From positions 15,653 through 79,652 of the IMG/VR virus record IMGVR_UViG_3300020411_001722: DNA of 64,000 nt; one strand, 5' to 3'. The notes below the pieces were generated by a model. It was not told where the DNA came from, made no database searches, and was given only the letters and a program-made list of their open reading frames with translations. The DNA comes from a virus. Shown here piece after piece: positions 17,863 to 28,900 of the stretch (the stretch's first letter is position 1; every line of letters begins with the position of its first letter). Made by a program: the position numbers and the translations under genes.

Positions 17863-18553
17863 TCCACATAGTAGTTGCCTTTGGATCTAGACCACGTTTA
17901 ACTATAAGATTAAATGCTAATGATATACGTTCCTCATCAGTATTATTTGTTGATACATCATGTGGAACCCAACCAGGAAATAATATAAGTTTATTTACCA
18001 TTGGTGGATATGTATAAGAACCCCAAGTACATGGTGTATCACCTTTACTACCAGTAGAATAAGATCCCATACTTTTATATAAATGTGTCTCTAACAGATT
18101 ACGTCTCACACTTAAACTACCACAGTCACCCTCTGGTACTTGTATATAAGTAGCACCACCAAATACAACACCAGGATGTGTATGAACTGATATCTTATCG
18201 CCAGGTGGTGTGAATACAAACCAGAAATTATCCATCTCAACATGTGAGTTGAATGGTGCCATATCATAATAACATTCCTTTGCTTTAGTCTCAACCTGAT
18301 CGATCATATCACCTACAGGGCAAGAATGACCACGATAATCATCTGCATTAAGATATTTTGATTCGTAACTTCCACCATCCATTTGAGTGAGTGCATCAAC
18401 AATACGTCTATCACCTCTCACCTCACGTTGTGACTGTGCAAAGTCAAGTAGACCTTCAATCTGAAGATCTATATCACCATGCCACACTGGTGTTGGAAAT
18501 AAGAATTCACACTCCATAATGTTTAGCAACCTCTCCAAAATATGCTGACTCAT
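17840..18553 (-). CDS. 2OG-Fe(II) oxygenase (TIGR02466-like)
   Basis: LFPTPVW...HTHPG...FPGWVPHDV...RISLAFN; true start probably MECEF. Confidence 0.85.
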   Translation of the reverse strand: MSQHILERLLNIMECEFLFPTPVWHGDIDLQIEGLLDFAQSQREVRGDRRIVDALTQMDGGSYESKYLNADDYRGHSCPVGDMIDQVETKAKECYYDMAPFNSHVEMDNFWFVFTPPGDKISVHTHPGVVFGGATYIQVPEGDCGSLSVRRNLLETHLYKSMGSYSTGSKGDTPCTWGSYTYPPMVNKLILFPGWVPHDVSTNNTDEERISLAFNLIVKRGLDPKATTMWIDGNAHE

Positions 18554-19184
18554 TCTCTATTTGAGGAGTCAAATTAAATGATACTGATATACGATCTTCT
18601 ACATTATGACCTGCTTCTACACCATGTGGTAACCATGCAGGGAAGAACATTAAACGACCAGCGACAGGTGGATATGCCATCTGACTCCAACACCAAGGTG
18701 TATCCTCACCACCTTCACATGATGACTGCATGACACCAGCAGATGCAAAGAGAAAAGCAGATGTATGATCCCTATGGAATATTAAATCACCACTATCAGG
18801 TGGTGTTTTAACATAATATACACCAGACAATACAGAACCAGGATGTGTATGAGTTACATTATAATCTCCACTATTAGAGTTATTAATGTTCATCCATATA
18901 TTTGCTAACCTGACGTTACAACCCCAAGGTTTAAACCTAGCATGTATATCTTCACCTAATGCTTTAATTCTTCTTGCTAAATCACCTAACGCATGGTCAG
19001 AATCCAGCATGTCCTCACCATCAAAATCAGGTGATTGAAAACCACCTACATTTGATCTGGACATGCCCTTACCTTTATCTCTTACACTATAACAAAATGA
19101 GGCAATTGCGTCATTATCAACATCTAACTCTGTCCACCATATAGGTGTAGGAAAGAGTAATTCCTCCATCAAGTTGTCTGCCAT
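18507..19184 (-). CDS. 2OG-Fe(II) oxygenase (TIGR02466-like)
   Basis: LFPTPIW...SNVGGFQS...HTHPGSVLSGVYY...FPAWLPHGV...RISVSFN. Confidence 0.9.
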   Translation of the reverse strand: MADNLMEELLFPTPIWWTELDVDNDAIASFCYSVRDKGKGMSRSNVGGFQSPDFDGEDMLDSDHALGDLARRIKALGEDIHARFKPWGCNVRLANIWMNINNSNSGDYNVTHTHPGSVLSGVYYVKTPPDSGDLIFHRDHTSAFLFASAGVMQSSCEGGEDTPWCWSQMAYPPVAGRLMFFPAWLPHGVEAGHNVEDRISVSFNLTPQIENESAYFGEVAKHYGV

Positions 19185-19657
19185 TACACACCAGTTTTAA
19201 CATCTGGTGCATTTGGATCAGGTACCCAATCTGCTAGATCTTCAAAACCTGCTTTACCTTTAACTCTAACCTTTGGTGATGGTTTCTTAGGTATCTCTAC
19301 ATATGTCCTTGCTTCTTCACCCTTAACCTGTGTTAGAAACAAGTTCAATGCATCAAGACCACCTTCAAGTTTAACCACTTCATCTCTTAATGATTGTACT
19401 TCTCTAAGGTCAAATGTATTATTACCTTGCTGTGGTTTATTACATATTGCATCCACCTGACTCTTAAGAACCAAATACCTATCATATTTAATAGCGTGTT
19501 GTGCTTTAAGATTTTCAAACAACTGATCAAATGTAATTAGATCAGTTTCCTCTCTTGGTGCCAGATCAGGATCATTTTTGAGTTCTAGATCTTCAATCTT
19601 GGTTACTTCTTCAGTCATAATAGTTCTTAATAATTTTTGAGTTGTTTCTAACGACAC
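19184..19657 (-). CDS. Hypothetical coiled-coil protein
   Basis: ORF overlapping both neighbours. Confidence 0.6.
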   Translation of the reverse strand: MSLETTQKLLRTIMTEEVTKIEDLELKNDPDLAPREETDLITFDQLFENLKAQHAIKYDRYLVLKSQVDAICNKPQQGNNTFDLREVQSLRDEVVKLEGGLDALNLFLTQVKGEEARTYVEIPKKPSPKVRVKGKAGFEDLADWVPDPNAPDVKTGV

Positions 19658-20330
19658 TGGGTGTGTCAGGTTTGAATTTAGTATCCATACTATAATTTAT
19701 AGCATTTTCAAACCTCATATCTTTAGCAGTTGCATCTTCTACAACATAGTCCCAAGATCTTATTGAATCTCTAAGAATAGGTGTGAGTTGTAAGAGTGGT
19801 GTTCCCGCCTCAATTAAGGTTTCTCCCTCCTTAATATGCCAGTATAGTTGTGCATTTAATTGTGGAACCTTAGATGGATCTAATAGACCTGTTGCTGCGG
19901 TAAACCGTTTCTCTCCATTATATAGCACTGGAGACTGTATGAATACTATGTCTTTACGTGCTGACACCCTCCAAGTAGTACCAATCTTAATTACAGAATT
20001 AATACTATTAGGTGGTGCTGAAGATTTTGCTTGCTTACCATCATGTACACCAATAAATCCTGAATCACTATCAAGTAGAGTTGGTGCTTCCCAATCTACT
20101 GACTCCATATCACCATTGGTCTTGATTATTAAATCACATGGCATAGGTAATATAAAACCTAGATTACCATATAATTTAATACCTGGGCATTTACTGGCAT
20201 GTTTCTGCTTAGTAGCATGTTCACATGCACCAATACTCCTCTTTAACTTAGTTGCAGGGATTATTGGGTGGCAATCCTTGACACCAGGGCAAGTTGACCA
20301 AAATCTAATTGGTGGTTTCTTCTTGAACAT
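19611..20330 (-). CDS. Hypothetical protein with CP motif (possibly degenerate dUTPase-like fold)
   Basis: KCPGI...GFILPMPCDL...IEAGTPLLQL. Confidence 0.65.
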   Translation of the reverse strand: MFKKKPPIRFWSTCPGVKDCHPIIPATKLKRSIGACEHATKQKHASKCPGIKLYGNLGFILPMPCDLIIKTNGDMESVDWEAPTLLDSDSGFIGVHDGKQAKSSAPPNSINSVIKIGTTWRVSARKDIVFIQSPVLYNGEKRFTAATGLLDPSKVPQLNAQLYWHIKEGETLIEAGTPLLQLTPILRDSIRSWDYVVEDATAKDMRFENAINYSMDTKFKPDTPSVVRNNSKIIKNYYD

Positions 20331-21873
20331 TGTATATGTTATCCAATAAGTATTGCCAAGACGATTTACATCCGTTGATGTATTCTAACGCTTCTGCCTG
20401 TGCTTTGTCAACTACCTTATCCCACTCCTCAACTGGTGCTTCACCATATTTAAAAGTCTTATGCTTCATTCCTATAGATCTAAGAGGTGAATAGTTATTA
20501 CCAGCAAGTACATATAAATCTCCTGCAAATTGTTCAGGAAAATCATAAGTCTTATACTTACATACACTTAGATCTCTAAAAGGATTATCCTCTGGATGTG
20601 GCATATTTGTATGATCTCGATGATAATCAATATCCTCAGTCACATGCCTCCAATACTTTGTATCTCTACGCATTGAAAATGCATAATGCCATGCAATAAA
20701 GTCAGAGAAACCTTCCATCTCTCTACTTGCTGCTTCATTAAATAAATCCTTTTCAATACTACCTATAACACCCTCACGATTCTCTAGAGTACCAATCAAT
20801 CTGATTATATTCTCATGTGTTGTTAATAATCCTGTTGATTCTAATGGTTCTAAGAAACCATATGATAACCCAATCGCTACAACATTCTTATACCATGCTG
20901 ACTCATGCTTACCATTTTTAATATCAATAGTCTTTAACTCAGGTGGCATATAATGTGGATATACTTCCTCTATATGCTCACGAAATTCTTTCTCTGCACC
21001 CTCTTGATCCTGATATAAATCAGACCAAACATATCCTGCACCAGTTCTATTCCATAAAGGAACACTCCATGCCCAACCATTACCTAAAGCATATCCATTA
21101 GTAAAGTTCTTTACTTCACCTGTATCATCACCCCAATGAGGTATTCTACACACTGTTGCTTTATTATTAGGAAGAATATCTTTATATGAATGATGCTTCA
21201 CACACATATATTCTTCAAGTAACAGTGATTTAAATCCTGTACAATCAATAAACAAATCTGCTGTGAAATCACCAGCAGATGTCTTTAAGGTTTCAATACC
21301 TCTATCAGACTCAGTAAAATCTAATACATCTGCTGATACATGTTTAATATTCTTACATACATTATTCTTTAACCACTGACCAAACTTAATTGAATCCATA
21401 TGATAAGAATAATCCTTACCAAAGGAACCCCACCTACCCTCACTATCTAATTTATTCTCTTCCATTAGCAAGGTATTACCATTTACTAACCTTGCAAAGG
21501 TATTAGGATTACCATACTTTTCTGGATATGCATCTCTCAAATACCAAAAAGTTTGTAATCCTGCTGGTAATGATTCATCAGATGGTTCAACAAATGGATA
21601 ATCCCAATATGTACCATCATTCTTATAGAAATTAGTAAATCTTATTCCTACCTTATAGGTAGCATCACATTCTTGCATCCACTCCTTATCTTCTATTCCA
21701 AGAAGTCGCATGAAAAAATTAATATGCCCCAAAGTAGATTCCCCGACTCCTATGGTAGGAACGTTCGGGGATTCTATTAGAGTTACATTGTAGTCAGGGA
21801 GCATCCTTTCAAATGCTGCTGCGGTCATCCATCCAGAGGATCCACCGCCCACGATAATAACATTACGAATCAT
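20305..21873 (-). CDS. Flavin-dependent halogenase (tryptophan halogenase family)
   Basis: GGGSSGW FAD motif, IGVGEST, ATYK catalytic Lys, FIDCTGF, GWAWSVP (WxWxIP), FLEPLESTG. Confidence 0.92.
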   Translation of the reverse strand: MIRNVIIVGGGSSGWMTAAAFERMLPDYNVTLIESPNVPTIGVGESTLGHINFFMRLLGIEDKEWMQECDATYKVGIRFTNFYKNDGTYWDYPFVEPSDESLPAGLQTFWYLRDAYPEKYGNPNTFARLVNGNTLLMEENKLDSEGRWGSFGKDYSYHMDSIKFGQWLKNNVCKNIKHVSADVLDFTESDRGIETLKTSAGDFTADLFIDCTGFKSLLLEEYMCVKHHSYKDILPNNKATVCRIPHWGDDTGEVKNFTNGYALGNGWAWSVPLWNRTGAGYVWSDLYQDQEGAEKEFREHIEEVYPHYMPPELKTIDIKNGKHESAWYKNVVAIGLSYGFLEPLESTGLLTTHENIIRLIGTLENREGVIGSIEKDLFNEAASREMEGFSDFIAWHYAFSMRRDTKYWRHVTEDIDYHRDHTNMPHPEDNPFRDLSVCKYKTYDFPEQFAGDLYVLAGNNYSPLRSIGMKHKTFKYGEAPVEEWDKVVDKAQAEALEYINGCKSSWQYLLDNIYNVQEETTN

Positions 21874-21880
21874 AAATCAA

Positions 21881-22462
21881 TTAGTTGTAGTCTTCGTCTT
21901 TCTCCTCTCTTGGTAATACTGGTTCAGTTTCAGCATTGTCCCATTTACATCCATCACCTTCAACCATATATTTTACATAGGTTTGGTACTGTTTGTCAAT
22001 CTTTAATGAAGGATACTCTGCTTCTGCCTCTTCACGAGTCCACCATGCAGGTATTAAATCATTGTGTTCCCAAGGTTGGTATGGATCCCAAGGTTTTCCA
22101 GTTTCAGGATCGATCTGGATGTCACCATACTTCTCTTTTGCTTCTATCTTTACAGATTCAATTGCTCTAAAGAATTTACCTTTCTTAGCATCCTCACCAA
22201 ATAGTCCATCCTTTATATCATCATAGATACGTGCAAGTTGTGAACCCTGATCACCATATCCTACAACTCTTGCTTGTAATGGATCTACGTGGTTATGATT
22301 TGGAATCCACTCATTGAATTCCATTTTCCAGTCGAGTGTTACCTCGTCAGGTGCGTCTACCCAATGGAGTTTAGCACCAGGACCAGTATATACATCAAAC
22401 TCATCTCCAGGTTCGACGATATCTGTTATATGTCCAGATTGTTGAATTAATGCTCTTTTCAT
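21881..22462 (-). CDS. Hypothetical protein, possible fibre assembly chaperone
   Basis: Directly follows a fibre gene; YGDQGSQLARIYDDI resembles motifs of small tail-associated proteins. Confidence 0.55.
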   Translation of the reverse strand: MKRALIQQSGHITDIVEPGDEFDVYTGPGAKLHWVDAPDEVTLDWKMEFNEWIPNHNHVDPLQARVVGYGDQGSQLARIYDDIKDGLFGEDAKKGKFFRAIESVKIEAKEKYGDIQIDPETGKPWDPYQPWEHNDLIPAWWTREEAEAEYPSLKIDKQYQTYVKYMVEGDGCKWDNAETEPVLPREEKDEDYN

Positions 22463-22463
22463 T

Positions 22464-23267
22464 TTAGTTAAAGTTGTAGACTACGATGTAACCTTGACGA
22501 CCATTTCCACCTCGCTCACTGTTACGTCCTGATGAACCACCAGCACCCCAAGCAGCGTGTGATCTATAGTTGTGTGCCCACTGTTGTTGGAAGTGTGATG
22601 TTGGTGCAGCACCACCCCAGAAGGAAGTACCACCAAATCCCATACCTGGTTGGGAGTTCTTGTGACCATCACCTGATCCACCGTAAACCTGTACAGCACC
22701 CTGATTAGGTGATCCACCTAATGAACCTGAGTGTTGTCTTTGTCTGTTAGCACCCTGTCCACCACCAGATGAACAATAGTTACCGAATGATGAGGTACCA
22801 CCGTTACCACCTTGAGATGAATATCCAACACCATTACCTTCACCACCAACAGTAACGTTGATTGAGTTTATATTCGATACATCAATAATCTGTTCAGTAT
22901 GTGCACCAGCACCAGCAGTTTCACCATAACCTGATGAACCACCGCCACCACCTGTACATTTGACCCAAATCCTCTTAACTCCAGAAGGTTTGTTCCATGT
23001 AGTGTTGTTATTATATGTGTTAATAGAAATCGGTCCACCACCACCTTGAACAGTTCCCCATGACATGTTAGTGCCGTCTGTGGTCAAATACTTACCTGCT
23101 TGACCAGACTGTGATGGGATAATTTGTCCAGATGAACCACTGATAGTACCATTGATTTGCAGGTTTGTAACCGTCAATGTACCATTCGCAGTTATACTTC
23201 CACTAGAAAAGGAAAATCCACCTTGTCCAGCGAGGTCTTTAACCGATGCAACTTTTAGGGTACTCAT
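22464..23267 (-). CDS. Glycine-rich tail fibre/adhesin-like protein
   Basis: MSTLKV start, PSQSGQAGKYLTTDG fibre linker, TWNKPSGVKRIWVKCTGGGGG glycine-rich domain. Confidence 0.75.
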   Translation of the reverse strand: MSTLKVASVKDLAGQGGFSFSSGSITANGTLTVTNLQINGTISGSSGQIIPSQSGQAGKYLTTDGTNMSWGTVQGGGGPISINTYNNNTTWNKPSGVKRIWVKCTGGGGGSSGYGETAGAGAHTEQIIDVSNINSINVTVGGEGNGVGYSSQGGNGGTSSFGNYCSSGGGQGANRQRQHSGSLGGSPNQGAVQVYGGSGDGHKNSQPGMGFGGTSFWGGAAPTSHFQQQWAHNYRSHAAWGAGGSSGRNSERGGNGRQGYIVVYNFN

Positions 23268-23293
23268 TCTTTACTTTGAACCTCTTACGTTTT

Positions 23294-23301
23294 TATTTAT
23301 A
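23294..23301 (-). promoter_or_regulatory. T4-type late promoter
   Basis: TATAAATA, intergenic, upstream of the fibre gene. Confidence 0.7.
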
Positions 23302-23315
23302 ATAATTCTTTGGTA

Positions 23316-25025
23316 TTAATGGACCCAAAGCGTCCAGTCATTTGTATAACGATACTCACCGTAGGCATCAGTGGTACCCCAAATTATCCAAGGATCATTA
23401 GTGGTTTCACTACCAAATCCATTTGGTCCATAGTTTGCAGAGTGTGAGTTATTACCACTACCTAGGTTGCCAGGATCAATAACATGCATGTCTTGACTCC
23501 AACTACCACTGTTACCAGTCCAGATCACTGCCCAGTATCCAGATCCATTATTCTCATAAGGACTGTTGTTAATAATACCACTGAAGTTCTGGTTAAAGTT
23601 ACCAAAGTCAGCAGTGTGCCAACCACCTGCCTGATATGAAGCATTATACTTAACTCTAGTTAGTCTTGGAAGACCAATTCTAATTGTAGATAATGAGTTA
23701 CCACCTTGATGGTTTTGCTCTCTACCTATTCTATGGAGTCCTTGACTAATAGTAGAATTAGATGTGCTATCAGTGGAATTGTTATGGAAAGCAGGTCTTA
23801 TACTCTCTGGTGAACCATATACTGTATATGGAATATTATTATAGTTTTGACCAAAGAATGAATCATCAAACTTTGCCCATCCTGCATGTCCAGAACCAAA
23901 TCTATCACTAGCATCATACTCCATTTCTAAAGCAGTGCCATGAACTTTCAACCATACTGTACTACCAGTATGACCCTCTGATGCTGCTTGTCTAGCAGAA
24001 TCGGCAGGATTACTTTGGGATCCACCTTTTCTACTACCTCCACCTCCACCAGTCTGGAGATTTTTTGGAACAATAACTAAGAGACCACCGCCTCCACGAC
24101 CACCTGAGTTTCCACCTCTACCCACATTTGTATTAGGGAAATATGGAGATGATTGACCAGCAGCGTTACCTCCTCGACTTCCTCGTGCCCAACTAGCACT
24201 ACCGACACGACCTATATATCCTGATCCACCGCCACCTGCACCTGGACCTGAGGAACCGCCACCGCCTCCTCCGTAGTATCCACCACCGCCACCTGCTCCT
24301 TGACTTCCTCCAGTACCACCTCTCATGGCACCAGAGCAGCAAGCGTTAGCACCAGCGTTACCGTTGGATCCACCACCAGACTGGGATCCACCACCACCGC
24401 CACGTGAGCAGCAGTTTGATGCTTGGTCTCCTGATGAACCACCGCCACCACCGCCATATGCAGTGTCACCTGATCCACCACCACCGCCTCCAGCGATGAT
24501 AATTGCTTGTCCTGTTGAAATACTAGTTGAAAGGAATATTCCTGTTAGTCCTCCTCCACCACCACCATCATTATTACTATTACTATTGGTACCAGAGTTA
24601 CCAGCACGAGTATTATATCCGTTATATTGATTATTGTCTGAAGGAGACTGGTTACCTCCCTCACCTGCTCCACCTATTATGACTCCGTATGCATTACCTG
24701 CATTAAATGTATATGTTCCTGAAGCAAATCCACCACCTCCACCAGTCTGACTACTAGTTCTCTTAGTTCCACCACCACCAGCACCCCATGCATATATGGT
24801 AGTTTCAGTTTCCTCACTGAATGTGATAGTTGTGTTATACCATCCAGATCCACCATTATTTTCTGCGTTCCATGAAATTGGTGAATCATTTGCTAAGGTA
24901 TACTCATTATTAATTTGACCACTTATAGTTAATTTATAAGTACGTCCACCACCAGCAGCACCACCACCTGCTGCTTTCACACCAGATGACATGGGTCTAT
25001 ATGCTCCAGAAAATCCAAATTTCAT
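23316..25025 (-). CDS. Glycine-rich virion fibre/receptor-binding protein
   Basis: AWGAGGGG, IIAGGGGGG and GGGGGYYGGGGG polyglycine motifs, GSQSNPADSA linker, then a C-terminal globular domain. Confidence 0.75.
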   Translation of the reverse strand: MKFGFSGAYRPMSSGVKAAGGGAAGGGRTYKLTISGQINNEYTLANDSPISWNAENNGGSGWYNTTITFSEETETTIYAWGAGGGGTKRTSSQTGGGGGFASGTYTFNAGNAYGVIIGGAGEGGNQSPSDNNQYNGYNTRAGNSGTNSNSNNDGGGGGGLTGIFLSTSISTGQAIIIAGGGGGGSGDTAYGGGGGGSSGDQASNCCSRGGGGGSQSGGGSNGNAGANACCSGAMRGGTGGSQGAGGGGGYYGGGGGGSSGPGAGGGGSGYIGRVGSASWARGSRGGNAAGQSSPYFPNTNVGRGGNSGGRGGGGLLVIVPKNLQTGGGGGSRKGGSQSNPADSARQAASEGHTGSTVWLKVHGTALEMEYDASDRFGSGHAGWAKFDDSFFGQNYNNIPYTVYGSPESIRPAFHNNSTDSTSNSTISQGLHRIGREQNHQGGNSLSTIRIGLPRLTRVKYNASYQAGGWHTADFGNFNQNFSGIINNSPYENNGSGYWAVIWTGNSGSWSQDMHVIDPGNLGSGNNSHSANYGPNGFGSETTNDPWIIWGTTDAYGEYRYTNDWTLWVH

Positions 25026-25031
25026 AGGTAT

Positions 25032-25898
25032 CTACGTGCTATATTCAGATGAAGAACCGAAAATAATAAAGTTTTGTCCAACTGGTTGTCCATCATAGGA
25101 AGTATTAATCCATGAGAATGACTGTATCAAATGTGTACCTGCCATTGATGGTGCTTGTCCACCTGCCCAAATTACTGTTTGATCCACACCATTAATCTGT
25201 AGATTATTACAAGCACCAACTGCACCATCATTAGCATTAACAATAGTAAGACCGTATCCTGCTTGCTCTAATTGTACGTTGGTTAAATTAAGAGTATAGT
25301 CACCACCACCAGTCCTCCTCATATATATGAGGTTACCATCATTAAAACTATGTGTCTGACTACTACTTGCTGAAGAATAATATTTAACTATCTCCTTAGT
25401 TTCAGAGAAATGGAATGTACCAGTAGCAGTAAGTTTATCTGTAGTAATATCTGTTGAACTAATAACTGTCTGATCGTTGGTACCCATAACCATCCACGTG
25501 GCACCATTCTCTACGGTAACCGTGAAACCATTTTGTATTGTTACAGGACCAGCAGTAAATCCATTAGTAAACTCAGCACCACCGTTAGCAGTAGGACCAA
25601 CTGTTACGTTCTCTGCAATAGTTGTTCCGTTAGTTCTAATAATTGAGTTCTCACCAACAGCAGGACCACCACCACCGACACTTGCCCAACCAGCAGCACC
25701 AGAAGCAGCATCCTGTAAATATATCTGTGCTTTATCTTCTGTCGTATTATATACTAAAGTTCCAAATGCAGGAGTACCAAGTGCATCACGTTGTGATGTG
25801 TTTAAGTCTGGTAAGTTGACCTGCTCTGTTACATCCATTGCAGTTACAATGGCACGAGTAGCAGCATCAATCTGATTACCAATTATTTTTGTTGTCAT
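25032..25898 (-). CDS. Tail fibre-like virion protein
   Basis: QRDALGTPAFGTLVYNTTED and AGPVTIQNGFTVTVENGATW fibre motifs. Confidence 0.7.
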   Translation of the reverse strand: MTTKIIGNQIDAATRAIVTAMDVTEQVNLPDLNTSQRDALGTPAFGTLVYNTTEDKAQIYLQDAASGAAGWASVGGGGPAVGENSIIRTNGTTIAENVTVGPTANGGAEFTNGFTAGPVTIQNGFTVTVENGATWMVMGTNDQTVISSTDITTDKLTATGTFHFSETKEIVKYYSSASSSQTHSFNDGNLIYMRRTGGGDYTLNLTNVQLEQAGYGLTIVNANDGAVGACNNLQINGVDQTVIWAGGQAPSMAGTHLIQSFSWINTSYDGQPVGQNFIIFGSSSEYST

Positions 25899-25920
25899 GA
25901 GTTGTGCCTCGTGAAATTAA

Positions 25921-28900
25921 TTAGATAACAAGTTCACGTATTTGTACCTTATCACCTGTAGCAGGTGGAGTACCAACACTGAAATCAACAGCATTACCAG
26001 TAACAGTGTAATCAACGCCAGGTACCTGACAAACACCATTTAAGAATACTAATAATGAATATGCTGTATGTCCAGCAGTTATAGCAAATGAGGATGTAGA
26101 ACCATCACCATTGTACATAACACCATTATTACTGTTAGCAATACCAGTTGCCAATGAATAGTTATCCACACAACCATACTTACCAGTAACATCTAGATCA
26201 CCAGTAATGGTTGTATTACCATTTACTCTCAATCTATTTGATGCATCTGCTGATTCACCTAGACCGAAGTGAGTAGTACCACCGAATCTAGTAGTCTTAA
26301 TATCCTCAGAATCAGAAACACCAAACTTATACCAGATACCTTGATCGTATATCCAACCTAATGGTGTACCTGGAGTCCAGTCAATGTTATAACAAATATC
26401 ACCATTATTAAATGCAGTACCCGCTTGAACGTCAGGTAATCCAGTTCCCAATTCTTCAGCAAGGAAGAACTGTTTCAATACAGTACCATCATCATTAGAA
26501 AATGTCTGCTTAATAGTTTGGATATTCTCCTGTGATGTTATCTTCTTCTGGAAGGTAACAGGACCAGAGAATACTGATTCCAACTGGTTAGCAGCACCAC
26601 CAATAACAGTTAATTTATCAGTAAGAACGATTTCACTAAACGTCTCGATCTCACCTTCTTCACCCACAACATTTAATTGTGCAATATCTTCTGAAGTTAT
26701 CTGACCTGTAACTGGGTTAATAACTTGGTTACCAATGAATAGTTCACCATCACTGTTAACACCAGTATAGTATGCAACACCTGCTTCTTCTTTTAACTGC
26801 TGAGATAATCTAACCTCTGCCTGAGTTAAAACTTGTACCTGTGTTGATGGGAACGCTGTACTGTAGTTACCTGGACCAAAACCAAGATATTCAAATGTGT
26901 GACCTGATGCTCTTAGAATTGAATATCTTCTCAATTCAGTTAACAATGGTGATACTGATAGGTCAGCATTTAATTTCAATGCTATCTTTCTTTCTTCCTC
27001 ATCACCTAAACCTGCAACAACACTAACATTATTCAATGTGTTAGCAGACGTACTATATCCTAAGTTATTTTCAGTTTCAAGTAAGAAGAACTGTGCTGCT
27101 TCCCTAGTAATTGAAAGTAATGTATTTTCTGCTGGAGTTGGTGATGCACCATCTGTAGTTTTAACAAGACCAATGATCTGATTGTCTGCAACAGATACAG
27201 CAGCAGCAGGATCAGCAGCAGGATTATCTCTATCAAATGCAGGATATACATCCGACGTTTGTTGAGAGAACGCCATATCATTGAAGTTATCAGTAGATGG
27301 TGTTACTGATGCTGATAGTATAGTTAGATAATATACACCGTCAGTTACACCTCTTTCAAATGGTATATGTGTCTCAACTTCAAAGATATAATATACCTTA
27401 GAATATTGTGGTGAGTTAGTCTCGGATGAACGTGGTTGTAATACGAAACCAGTAATAGGTTCACGAGGTACAGGGAATGCATCCTTATCAAGAACATATC
27501 TAAATCTGTATGTTCTATCCTTCAAGTTACGTGGGTCAGGTAGACGACGTACAAATGTTGGTGGAGTAAATGCTAAGTTTTGATATAAACTATTTGCTAA
27601 TAGTGTTGTATAGATCGTATTAGCAGAAGAATCAACAGAAATATACCAGTTATTCTGTGCTGGATCCCATTTAATAGGTGAGTTCTCATCACCTGGTTTT
27701 TGACCTGTTACAGTAGGACCAGCAGGGTTAATATTTGCGTAGTGAGTAGTAGGATTATCTGCACCTGATGCTTTCAGTAATACATATACCTTATCTGGTT
27801 CAGATACACTATCACGACGTGCACCTATAGTATATCCCTGTACTTTACTTGGTGGTTTCGCTGTTTCAGACGTATAACCATAGAGATATAGTTTAGATGA
27901 GTCAGCAGCAGATCTGATCTTTGCAATATCTAATGATACCCAGTTAATAGGTACCTCTGCTACGTCAGCTAATGACTTAGGTGGAATTATATGTGTTACG
28001 GAACCTGCTTTGTCTTTAGTAAATGCAGAATCCCTGAAACCTTTGGATCGTAAGGATGTGTTACCGAAGTTTGAGTTAGAGTTCGTGATAGAGAGGTCAC
28101 CACCACTGTCTGCGAAGAAGTGGTCTCCGAATCCAACAGCGAACACAGATACGACTTGTATGAATGCTCCATTTGATGCCTTAATATGTACACTTCGCCA
28201 ACCCTTTCGGTGTTTTGCTAGACCATTAATATGCGAACCTGATCCTTGTGCTTGTGGTTCATATGCACTTGTAGATTGGTTATACAATACAAATGCTCTG
28301 TCATCCTTTTGTAGTGAGATACCAGTGAACTGTGCCACAACCATTGATTTAAAACCAGTTGCCTTAGCACCATCTGCATGCATACCACATATACCCCATA
28401 CTGATCTTAGTGAACAGTTAAAGACATATGGTGATGCAGAGTCAACAGTATCAATCTCAACCTTAACTAGGATATTAGAACCAAGAGCATTACCTGATGG
28501 TTCAGATGCCATCTGATAGGTAAACTGGTTACCTTGAGCAGACGTAATTAAGAATGATCCATTATATAAGAGTTGGTCTTGTTCTGTAGGACCAGTAACA
28601 CCAGAGATGTTAACTGCAACACCCACAGAGAAACCGTGGTTCTTGGGGTTACCAAGTTCATCCACAGTAAATGCTGTTGCGGTCTGACCATTTCTAACAA
28701 TCTGAGATATAGCAAATTCGTCAGAAATTGGACCAACAATTCTATTTTCCTCAACCCTTGCCTGTATCTGATCCTGTGCAACGAGACCAGAAGAATCAGG
28801 AATAGTAGCATAACCTTTAGAGATCTTCTGATAGTATAAATCTAGATCATCTGTAGTTGCAAAGGTGAAGCAAGTTATCTTGTGGTGGGAATAGTTAGGA

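Noticed and set aside
19783-20349. 188-aa plus-strand ORF (likewise 28010-28516, 44049-44504, 25477-25875)
   Set aside because: Antisense to well-supported genes, with no motifs or expression signals.
24325-24630. Plus-strand polyproline ORF
   Set aside because: Antisense shadow of the GGT/GGA glycine codons of the fibre gene.
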